Assembly (NCBI GenBank): GCA_036507795.1
Contig: DATCIL010000029.1
Location: 1-61,471, forward strand
DNA: 61,471 bases
Source: Anaerolineales bacterium
GTDB lineage: Bacteria; Chloroflexota; Anaerolineae; Anaerolineales; UBA4823
Direction: 5' to 3'
The notes beneath the pieces were generated by a model. The model did no database searches. It was not told the DNA's origin and worked only from the letters and a program-made list of their open reading frames with translations. A program made the position numbers and the translations under genes. Below are positions 54,967 through 61,471 of the stretch, one piece after another. The stretch's first letter is position 1; each line of letters starts with the position of its first letter.

Positions 54967-55584
54967 CTAATCGCCGGTGGCTGGTTCAGCAACCGGGGAG
55001 GTAGCCCTGCCATGGTCCGCTGGCGCAGGTGCTTCTTTCCCAGCTCCCCAGGGAGTACCCAGGAAGCGCAGGAGGAAGTAATCGGCGCCAAGGTAACCGG
55101 ACACCTTCCAGGCCAGGATCAAACCCACTGCGATGACGAAGAGCAACGGGTTCGTGCTGGCAGAACCTGCCATCATGAAATTCCAGTTCATCAAGCCGCT
55201 AAATAGGGCTGCAATTCCTGTGAACGCGCCCAGAACCAAGGCAATACCGATCAACAGTTCACCGTAAGCGACCAGCTTGGCAAACCAGGTATAGGCCTCT
55301 GCATCCAGAAGCGTTTGGATGAAACCGCGGTACCAATCAAAGGCGATGGGAGGGCGTCCTTGCTCGGGAATGGAAACTGCATGGGTCCAGAAGCCCTTCA
55401 GCGCTTCTCCACCGCCGACCCAGGCAGGATCAGTGATCTTGTGCTGAGCAGCCTCGATCCACTGCCACCCAAGCCATACCCGCAGTGCGAACCAAAGCCA
55501 GCCGGCGCGGGTGTCGCTCAACAGTTTTTGAACCAAAGGGGGATCCTGGATTACACTACCTTTATAAGTTGTTACGTTAGCCAT
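54967..55584 (-). CDS. DoxX/DoxD-like membrane protein
   Basis: Four hydrophobic helices. FAKLVAYGELLIGIALVLGAFTGIAALFSGLMNWNF resembles DoxX-family proteins. The assignment is tentative. Confidence 0.55.
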   Translation of the reverse strand: MANVTTYKGSVIQDPPLVQKLLSDTRAGWLWFALRVWLGWQWIEAAQHKITDPAWVGGGEALKGFWTHAVSIPEQGRPPIAFDWYRGFIQTLLDAEAYTWFAKLVAYGELLIGIALVLGAFTGIAALFSGLMNWNFMMAGSASTNPLLFVIAVGLILAWKVSGYLGADYFLLRFLGTPWGAGKEAPAPADHGRATSPVAEPATGD

Positions 55585-55677
55585 TTCTAATCTCCTTTAT
55601 GGATTTATCTATGAATTTGACTTATTGATCTCTTGATCTTATGCTCTCTATTCTATTGAATTGCAGCGAAAAAGGCA

Positions 55678-55715
55678 GGGACAGCTGTCACCAATTTAAC
55701 GGTGACAGCTGTCCC
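55678..55715. promoter_or_regulatory. Perfect 15-bp-arm inverted repeat containing two copies of the palindrome GACAGCTGTC (candidate operator)
   Basis: GGGACAGCTGTCACC aatttaac GGTGACAGCTGTCCC. It lies in the divergent region between the DoxX-like gene and ORF 55845. Confidence 0.5.
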
Positions 55716-55844
55716 AAACTAGACCAAATTACCCTAATTCGTCAACTCTGCCTTGACCTCGCTCGGGAACGGCGCTCATATTCATGCCAAACCTGTTTTC
55801 GTAAATTTCGATCTACGACAAAGATAACAAACAAAATATGATTT

Positions 55845-56459
55845 ATGACGCTACCCAAAACAGATCTTTTAATATTTAATATACATATCATGGAAAATTA
55901 TCCACAAATCGCTGCGGAAGCGGGTAAAAGGATGTTGCAGAATGGACCGGAGACGGCAAGCGTGCGCAAATGGTTAAGGATACTGCGCTGGCTATTGCCT
56001 GTGAGCATGCTCCTTCTCGTCGTCGCTTACCAACTGGTAGCCGCACGCTGGTTTCAAAACAATGTCGGGGAGCAATATCATTACCTCGCAGAAATCCTGT
56101 TCTACGGCACGATCGGACCAGCGTTCGCTTTCATGTTGCTGCATTTTCTCGGCCGGTGGTTGGAAGAAAAAGAAACCAGCGACCTCCAGGCAAAATTACT
56201 GGCCCAGGCCAGAGAGTACGCCGGGATAAGCAACAAGCTGAATGATGATGCTTTGCAAACCTTATTTGCAGCCCGGGTCCTGATCAACTCTATTGAAGCT
56301 GGCCTGGAGAAACAAGATCAAGGAGCAGCAGCACTTTTAAAGAGAACAGAAACTGCTTTAGAGGTCGCGATAAAGGAACTTCGTGAACACCTGGAATACC
56401 AGGGCAGTAACGGGTCGAAAATCCAATTCAACGGTTCAAAGGCACAGGAAGAAAAATAG
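55845..56459 (+). CDS. Hypothetical membrane protein with C-terminal coiled-coil-like region
   Basis: Two hydrophobic helices (LLPVSMLLLVVAYQLVA, ILFYGTIGPAFAFMLLHFL) followed by a helical Ala/Leu/Glu-rich segment. No family recognised. An alternative start MENYPQ lies at 55890. Confidence 0.5.
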   Translation: MTLPKTDLLIFNIHIMENYPQIAAEAGKRMLQNGPETASVRKWLRILRWLLPVSMLLLVVAYQLVAARWFQNNVGEQYHYLAEILFYGTIGPAFAFMLLHFLGRWLEEKETSDLQAKLLAQAREYAGISNKLNDDALQTLFAARVLINSIEAGLEKQDQGAAALLKRTETALEVAIKELREHLEYQGSNGSKIQFNGSKAQEEK

Positions 56460-56551
56460 CTGGAAATAATGGTGATAAACATCCTGATGAAGTACGATGA
56501 AGATCACTGAACATTTTATCCAAACCCATTTATTATTTTTTTGATTATTAC

Positions 56552-56566
56552 TGCAAATCATTTGCA
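56552..56566. promoter_or_regulatory. 7-1-7 Fur-box-like inverted repeat upstream of fur
   Basis: TGCAAAT c ATTTGCA compared with the TGATAAT n ATTATCA consensus gives 5/7 matches per half-site. Flanked by AT-rich TTGATTATTA. Lies 17 nt before the fur ATG. Confidence 0.5.
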
Positions 56567-56582
56567 ATAAGGGCCGCAGACA

Positions 56583-57023
56583 ATGAGTAATCTTGTGGAA
56601 GAAGCGATTGATCTATTGCAAGTTTACGGCGGACGGATGACAGATCAGCGTCGCTTGATCTTGGAAACGTTGGAGACCCTCGATTCCCATCCATCTGCCG
56701 AGGAATTGCATTTTATTGTCAGAGAACAAGATCCGAAAATCCACCTGTCTACGATCTACCGGACGCTGCGTTGGTTGGAGCAAGAAGGCTTGGTAAGCTC
56801 TCGCTGGTTCGAAGAGGATCGCCGTCAAGAGCGCTTCGACCCTGCCCTTCCAATCGAGCATCACCATTTTCTCTGTACACAGTGTAAGAAAGTAATTGAG
56901 TTTGATGATCCCATGGTTAGATCCATTATGGATAGATTCGAAGAAGCCTTCGAGGCCCAAATTAAGGAAACTACAATTGTTCTCTATGGGATCTGCTCCA
57001 AGTGCAAAAAAAAGTCTAAATAA
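56583..57023 (+). CDS. fur: Fur-family metalloregulator
   Basis: RMTDQRRLILETL, HPSAEELH and LSTIYRTLRWL winged-helix blocks. HHHF and paired CxxC motifs (CTQC, CSKC). Confidence 0.9.
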   Translation: MSNLVEEAIDLLQVYGGRMTDQRRLILETLETLDSHPSAEELHFIVREQDPKIHLSTIYRTLRWLEQEGLVSSRWFEEDRRQERFDPALPIEHHHFLCTQCKKVIEFDDPMVRSIMDRFEEAFEAQIKETTIVLYGICSKCKKKSK

Positions 57024-57050
57024 CAGCACTTATCCTGGAGGCGTCGCCGC

Positions 57051-59024
57051 ATGCATTGCCATGATACAGCCAGCAGTTCGATCAGTCTAAACAACGGCAA
57101 CATTGCCTTGATAGGACAGCCAAACGTCGGTAAATCGGTGATCTTTCAGCGCCTGACCGGCCTACATGTTGCGGTTGCCAATTATCCAGGCACCACTGTT
57201 GAAATTGCCCGAGGGACAGCTCGCAACCTGCCAGAGGCTACCCTGGTTGATACTCCTGGGGTGATAACTCTCCCGCCTTTCACAGAAGATGAAAAAGTAA
57301 CGGAACGTTTGCTGCTGGAAGAACCACTGCGGGCCGTTATCCAGGTTGGAGACGCCAAGAATTTGCGGCGAACACTGCTGCTCACCGTCCAGCTGGTCGA
57401 AATGGGTTTACCGATGGTCCTCGTCCTTAATATGATGGATGAAGCGCGGGCCAGAGGGATCACCATAAACCACGCCACCCTCTCAGCCCATCTGGCCATA
57501 CCGACGATTCCCGCAACGGCAATCCACGGTGAAGGCGTTGAAGAACTGATTGGCGCACTGAAAACACTCGCTCCAGGCCAATTTCGACTGAATTATGCCC
57601 CCGAAATCGAAGCGGCCGTTGCTGAGGTTTGTGCCCGAATCCCCCAAGCGCCGGTTGCCGGTCGCGCTTTAGCCCTTCTGTGGCTCAGCGCCGACCCGGT
57701 TGCAGAGAGTTGGCTGAAGGACAGGCTGGAGGATCGCAGCTATGTAGCTTTGCTTGCCCAGAGAGAGACCCTTCAATTATCGTTTATCGAACCTATCGCG
57801 AACATTATCCAAAAAACGCGGATAGATTACGTTGACCAGATTAATCAGGGAGTGATGAATGATGCCGGCGAGGGTTGGCGGGGATTGTCAACCATATTGG
57901 GGCGTCTTACAACTCATGCGATTTGGGGGGTCTTAATTCTGGGTTTGGTGCTCTATGTTCTATATTGGTTTGTAGGTATCTTCGGCGCCGGAACACTGGT
58001 GGATATTATGGAAGCGAAACTCTTCGGCGAAATCATAAACCCGCGCGTCGTTGAGATTGCTCAGCGTGTTTTGCCATTTCCATTCCTTCGAGATCTTTTT
58101 GTTGGAGAATACGGATTGTGGACGATGGGCATGACCTACGCATTGGCATTAATTTTTCCCATCGTATCCACCTTCTTTTTGGCATTCGGAATACTTGAGG
58201 ATTCCGGCTATTTGCCACGGCTGGCCGCGCTAAGCAATCGTTTATTTACGGCAATTGGGCTGAATGGAAAAGCCGTGTTGCCCATGGTGCTCGGCCTGGG
58301 TTGCGTCACAATGGCAACGTTGACAACGAGGGTATTGGAGAGCAAGCGTGAACGCCTTCTCGTTACTTTGCTCTTGGCTCTGGCTATTCCTTGCTCCGCC
58401 CAGCTGGGCGTTATCATGGGGATGCTGGCGGGCGTCTCGCTGAACGCAACCATAATCTGGGGAGGCGTAGTGTTATTAGTGCTGTTAACCGTTGGCTGGC
58501 TGGCCTCACGCCTGGTACCCGGCGAACGATCTCATCTGCTGGTAGAATTGCCGCCATTGCGGTTGCCGCTGATTTCCAATGTACTCCTCAAAACCCTGGT
58601 GCGCCTGGAATGGTACATCAAAGAAGTCGTGCCTCTCTTCCTGTTCGGAACCCTGGTCATGTTTTTGCTCGATAAAATCGGAATTCTATCCATCCTCATC
58701 GAGGCTGGCGAACCGCTGGTGAGCGGCTGGCTGGGCTTGCCGGCTGTTGCCAGCGCAGCCTTTCTTATGGGCTTTTTACGGCGGGATTTCGGCGCCACCG
58801 GTTTATTTCTGATGCAATCCCAGGGCCTCCTCACCCCTCTTCAAGTGGTTGTTGCCATGGTTACCATCACGCTGTTCATTCCGTGTATCGCCAGCGTGAT
58901 GATGATCGCAAAAGAGCGCGGATGGCGCTCGGCGATTGGAATCATGGTTTTGGTCTTCCCGCTGGCATTCCTTGCTGGAGGCCTGCTAAACAGGATCCTG
59001 ATTTATATTGGTTGGGGCTTATGA
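57051..59024 (+). CDS. feoB: Ferrous iron transporter FeoB
   Basis: G domain IALIGQPNVGKSVIF, DTPG, NMMD, followed by a polytopic membrane domain. Confidence 0.9.
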   Translation: MHCHDTASSSISLNNGNIALIGQPNVGKSVIFQRLTGLHVAVANYPGTTVEIARGTARNLPEATLVDTPGVITLPPFTEDEKVTERLLLEEPLRAVIQVGDAKNLRRTLLLTVQLVEMGLPMVLVLNMMDEARARGITINHATLSAHLAIPTIPATAIHGEGVEELIGALKTLAPGQFRLNYAPEIEAAVAEVCARIPQAPVAGRALALLWLSADPVAESWLKDRLEDRSYVALLAQRETLQLSFIEPIANIIQKTRIDYVDQINQGVMNDAGEGWRGLSTILGRLTTHAIWGVLILGLVLYVLYWFVGIFGAGTLVDIMEAKLFGEIINPRVVEIAQRVLPFPFLRDLFVGEYGLWTMGMTYALALIFPIVSTFFLAFGILEDSGYLPRLAALSNRLFTAIGLNGKAVLPMVLGLGCVTMATLTTRVLESKRERLLVTLLLALAIPCSAQLGVIMGMLAGVSLNATIIWGGVVLLVLLTVGWLASRLVPGERSHLLVELPPLRLPLISNVLLKTLVRLEWYIKEVVPLFLFGTLVMFLLDKIGILSILIEAGEPLVSGWLGLPAVASAAFLMGFLRRDFGATGLFLMQSQGLLTPLQVVVAMVTITLFIPCIASVMMIAKERGWRSAIGIMVLVFPLAFLAGGLLNRILIYIGWGL

Positions 59025-59242
59025 CGACAAAAATATTCAACTGCCCGATGTGCGGCTACCGATTTGACCCTGCAGAACATACGGCTTGCCAATCTTGCCC
59101 ACTGAACAGGGGCTGCCACCTGGTGTGCTGCCCGGCATGCGGGTATAACACCATCGATCCAGATAGTTCGTCTATCCTAAGGTTTACCAGGAGATTGCGC
59201 GAAGGATCTCTAAGGCTGGCCAAGCAAGGACGAGAGCAATGA
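59021..59242 (+). CDS. Cys-rich double zinc-ribbon mini-protein translationally coupled to feoB and feoA
   Basis: MTTKIFNCPMCGYRFDPAEHTACQSCPLNRGCHLVCCPACGY (8 Cys) followed by a basic tail. ATGA overlaps occur at both ends (59021-59024 and 59239-59242). Confidence 0.6.
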   Translation: MTTKIFNCPMCGYRFDPAEHTACQSCPLNRGCHLVCCPACGYNTIDPDSSSILRFTRRLREGSLRLAKQGREQ

Positions 59243-59559
59243 AGCCTTTTAGAAGGAGATTTAGGTCAAGAGGTAGATTCCAACAGGCAAGAGAAGGCCA
59301 TCATTTCTCTTGTCCGCCCTGTTCGCGATCGACGTGCACCCTGGCCGACGTGCCTGCAGGTTGCCAGGCCAGGATTACCAGTTTTGCCAGTCAGCTAAAC
59401 TCCGGTCGGGGCGCTCAATTGAATGCCTATGGACTGGCACCCGGGCGCTGGATTCGTGTAATCCAGAGCTCACCTGTTATCGTTGTGCAGGTCGACCTGA
59501 CAGAAATTGCACTGGAACAAGACCTGGCGCGCGGCGTTAACGTTCAGGATATAAAGTAA
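59239..59559 (+). CDS. feoA: FeoA-domain protein with Arg-rich, CPPC-containing N-terminal extension
   Basis: The SH3-like FeoA core is TLADVPAGCQARITSF...LNAYGLAPGRWIRVIQSSPVIVVQVDLTEIALEQDLARGVNV. Confidence 0.8.
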   Translation: MKPFRRRFRSRGRFQQAREGHHFSCPPCSRSTCTLADVPAGCQARITSFASQLNSGRGAQLNAYGLAPGRWIRVIQSSPVIVVQVDLTEIALEQDLARGVNVQDIK

Positions 59560-59733
59560 GATATACGACAGAACCAGGGGCATTCGGTTCAGGTAATCGA
59601 TTGCGATTTCGTTGAAAACCCACCCATCGGAGCAGCAGTGCGGACCCGAGTTCGGCAAATCTGCTATTGCAGCGATGCTCGACGATAATATCGGTATAAT
59701 AATCAAAGTGAACTGCTGGAAAAGTCGTTAAAG

Positions 59734-60906
59734 ATGATGATGACAAGAAATATCACGCTTTCGGATACCGAAAAACTTCGTCTTCGCAATCGAGAACTGT
59801 CCATCCTCAACGCTATCGCCGAAGCGCTCAACCGCTCAGTCGATCTGAATCAGGCCCTGGAAGCGGCTTTGGCGCAGGTCGCCGGTTTGCTCGACCTGCA
59901 GACCGGCTGGGTCTGGTTGCTGCATGAGGATAGCAATGATTCATACCTGGCAGCAGCTCAGAACTTACCGCCAGCCCTGGCGAACAACCCCCGGCGTATG
60001 GAAGGTCGTTGCTACTGCCTGGATACGTTCCGGGCGGGCGATATGGATGGTGCCGCGAACGTAAATGTGGTCACGTGTAGCCGATTATGGGGTTTGGTAG
60101 ACGGAACGGATGGACTGCGTTATCATGCCAGCATCCCGCTATATGCACATGGAAAACAATTGGGCCTTCTCAACGTCGCCAGCACAGACTGGCGAGAACT
60201 GACCGAAGATGATTTGCGGTTGCTTTACACAATCGGCGACCTGCTCAGCATCGCCATCGAGCGCGCCCGATTGTATGCGCGCAGCGCCGAATATGGCGCG
60301 GCCGAGGAACGCAATCGCTTAGCCCGTGAAATCCATGACACCCTGGCCCAGGGATTGGCAGCCATTTCGATGCAGTTAGAAACCGCAGAAGCTTTGCTGG
60401 AATCAGCGTCCGACCGGGAGAGCATCCAGAGGACTATCCACCAGGCGCTCGCTCTCACGCGGACAAACCTCGAAGAAGCTCGGCGCTCAGTCCTTGACTT
60501 GAGAGCCGCTCCCCTCGAAGGGCGGAATCTCGGCGAGGCCCTGGAGGCAATTGCGCGGCGGATCGCTGAGGAACACGGCCTGATCCTGGATTTTTCTGTG
60601 AACGCGAGCGTACGTCCCCTGCCGGTTCGAGTGGAAACCGGGCTCTTCCGGATCGCACAGGAAGCGCTTACCAACATCGCGCGGCACGCCCATGCAAAAA
60701 ATGTCACCGTCAAATTATTGGTCTTAACGAATAAGATCAAGCTGATCGTGATAGACGATGGCCGCGGTTTCGATCCCGATCAAGTTCACCCTGATCGTTT
60801 CGGACTGCGCGGATTGCATGAGCGCGCTAAACTCCTGGGCGGAAAATTAAAGGTCGAAAGCAGCCCCGGCTGCGGTACCCGGGTTGAAGCATCCATCCCA
60901 GTATAG
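59734..60906 (+). CDS. Soluble GAF-domain sensor histidine kinase (HisKA_3 + HATPase_c)
   Basis: No TM segment. GAF region, H-box ERNRLAREIHDTLAQGLAAI, and boxes EALTNIARHA, VIDDGRGF and FGLRGLHERAKLLGG. Confidence 0.85.
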   Translation: MMMTRNITLSDTEKLRLRNRELSILNAIAEALNRSVDLNQALEAALAQVAGLLDLQTGWVWLLHEDSNDSYLAAAQNLPPALANNPRRMEGRCYCLDTFRAGDMDGAANVNVVTCSRLWGLVDGTDGLRYHASIPLYAHGKQLGLLNVASTDWRELTEDDLRLLYTIGDLLSIAIERARLYARSAEYGAAEERNRLAREIHDTLAQGLAAISMQLETAEALLESASDRESIQRTIHQALALTRTNLEEARRSVLDLRAAPLEGRNLGEALEAIARRIAEEHGLILDFSVNASVRPLPVRVETGLFRIAQEALTNIARHAHAKNVTVKLLVLTNKIKLIVIDDGRGFDPDQVHPDRFGLRGLHERAKLLGGKLKVESSPGCGTRVEASIPV

Positions 60907-60929
60907 GTATCCTCTTTGAGCGAGACGCC

Positions 60930-61471
60930 ATGAGCCAGACCATCCACATTCTTGTGGCCGACGACCATCCAGTCGTGCGAGATGGCCTGGTAGCCATGCT
61001 GAGCACGCAGGTCGATTTTCAGGTTGTAGGAGCATCTTCAACCGGAGCCGAAACCGTGGATCTGGCTGCAAGCCTGCAACCGGATGTGATCCTTCTGGAC
61101 TTAGAAATGCCCGAGATGGATGGCGTAGAGGCGCTGAGAAGAATCCGGGCCAACAGAAGCGATGCAAAGGTGATCGTATTTACTGCCTTTGATACTGACG
61201 AGCGAATATTGAACGCTGTGAGAGCCGGTGCGCGCGGCTATCTGCTGAAGGGCGCGCCCCGCGAGGATATCTTCCGAGCGATTCGAGTGGTTAACGAAGG
61301 AGGATCTCTGTTGGAACCGGTGGTTGCGACAAAGTTAATGCAACAAGTTGTAGAAGCCGGCAAATCAGATCGAGATCCCGGACTCGTGGAACCCTTAACG
61401 CCTCGGGAGGAAGAAGTCCTGCAGCTGCTGGCGCAAGGGAAAACCAATAAGGAAATCGCTTCCGAGCTGGT
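60930..61471 (+). CDS. NarL/LuxR-family response regulator, 3-prime end outside the window
   Basis: Absent from the ORF track because no stop codon is reached. ATG 60930 gives MSQTIHILVADDHPVVRDGL..., acceptor context VILLDLEMPEMDG, and HTH onset LTPREEEVLQLLAQGKTNKEIASEL at the window edge. Confidence 0.85.
   Translation, partial: MSQTIHILVADDHPVVRDGLVAMLSTQVDFQVVGASSTGAETVDLAASLQPDVILLDLEMPEMDGVEALRRIRANRSDAKVIVFTAFDTDERILNAVRAGARGYLLKGAPREDIFRAIRVVNEGGSLLEPVVATKLMQQVVEAGKSDRDPGLVEPLTPREEEVLQLLAQGKTNKEIASEL

Noticed and set aside
55641-55841. 66-aa plus-strand ORF in the DoxX / ORF 55845 intergenic region.
   Set aside because: It reads straight through the 38-bp perfect palindrome. It has no RBS and a Cys/Arg/Ser-rich composition typical of chance ORFs.
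58883-59020. Longer version of the zinc-ribbon ORF starting at 58883.
   Set aside because: That part overlaps the last 140 nt of feoB in another frame. ATG 59021 gives the ATGA coupling junction and begins right at the Cys-rich module.
1-61471. Searched by eye for CRISPR arrays, IS or transposase genes, integrases next to the tRNA, prophage or defence-island genes, and rRNA.
   Set aside because: I found none. There are no regularly spaced direct repeats and no recombinase-like ORFs. The tRNA-Asp is flanked by STAS genes rather than an integrase, and gene content is housekeeping or signalling throughout.

Overview
Hand annotation with no tools. Family calls rest on motifs I recognise in the translations, and coordinates of small elements were counted by hand. 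The window is a densely coding 61.5-kb chromosomal segment with about 56 protein genes and one tRNA. I saw no rRNA, CRISPR array, transposase, integrase or phage genes. The gene content includes lipobox-anchored secreted proteins, Pro/Thr-rich linkers, prkA-yeaH-spoVR and three HisKA_3/NarL-type two-component pairs. This fits a monoderm, Chloroflexota-like organism, but that is only an inference.

Gene order:
- 0-8 kb: a two-component system, a lone receiver protein and prkA-yeaH-spoVR.
- 8-13 kb: a branched-chain amino-acid ABC transporter (substrate-binding protein gene plus livHMGF).
- 13-26 kb: alr, sucAB, an EamA exporter, a YdiJ-like FAD/Fe-S oxidoreductase, a pseudouridine synthase, an aminotransferase and pckA.
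- 26-30 kb: a radical SAM locus.
- 30-45 kb: hflX, an orphan kinase, an M28 peptidase, trmFO, tatA, an FmdE-like protein, plsY, secreted proteins, VKOR, moeA and rel.
- 45-49 kb: a PP2C / RsbW-like kinase / STAS partner-switching set with tRNA-Asp.
- 49-61 kb: purH, a YHS + DUF3105 pair, a two-component system, a DoxX-like protein, fur-feoB-x-feoA and a third two-component system that runs off the 3-prime edge.

The best candidate for an undescribed system is at 26.1-30.3 kb. A radical SAM/SPASM enzyme carries an N-terminal PqqD-like peptide-recognition domain and a Cys/Gly-rich C-terminal tail. It faces a full-length paralog that has lost every Fe-S cysteine. An unassignable 338-aa membrane protein lies between them, a small 2-TM protein lies upstream, and no precursor peptide gene is visible.

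Other points worth a second look:
- A phased GGTTTTCCC direct-repeat motif is shared by the promoters of the lone receiver gene and of prkA.
- Two paralogous STAS genes diverge from tRNA-Asp, with no sigma factor in the window.
- A perfect 38-bp nested palindrome lies in a divergent promoter region.
- A Cys-rich zinc-ribbon gene is translationally coupled between feoB and feoA, behind a 7-1-7 Fur box.
- A Cys-knot plus polyacidic mini-protein lies behind VKOR.
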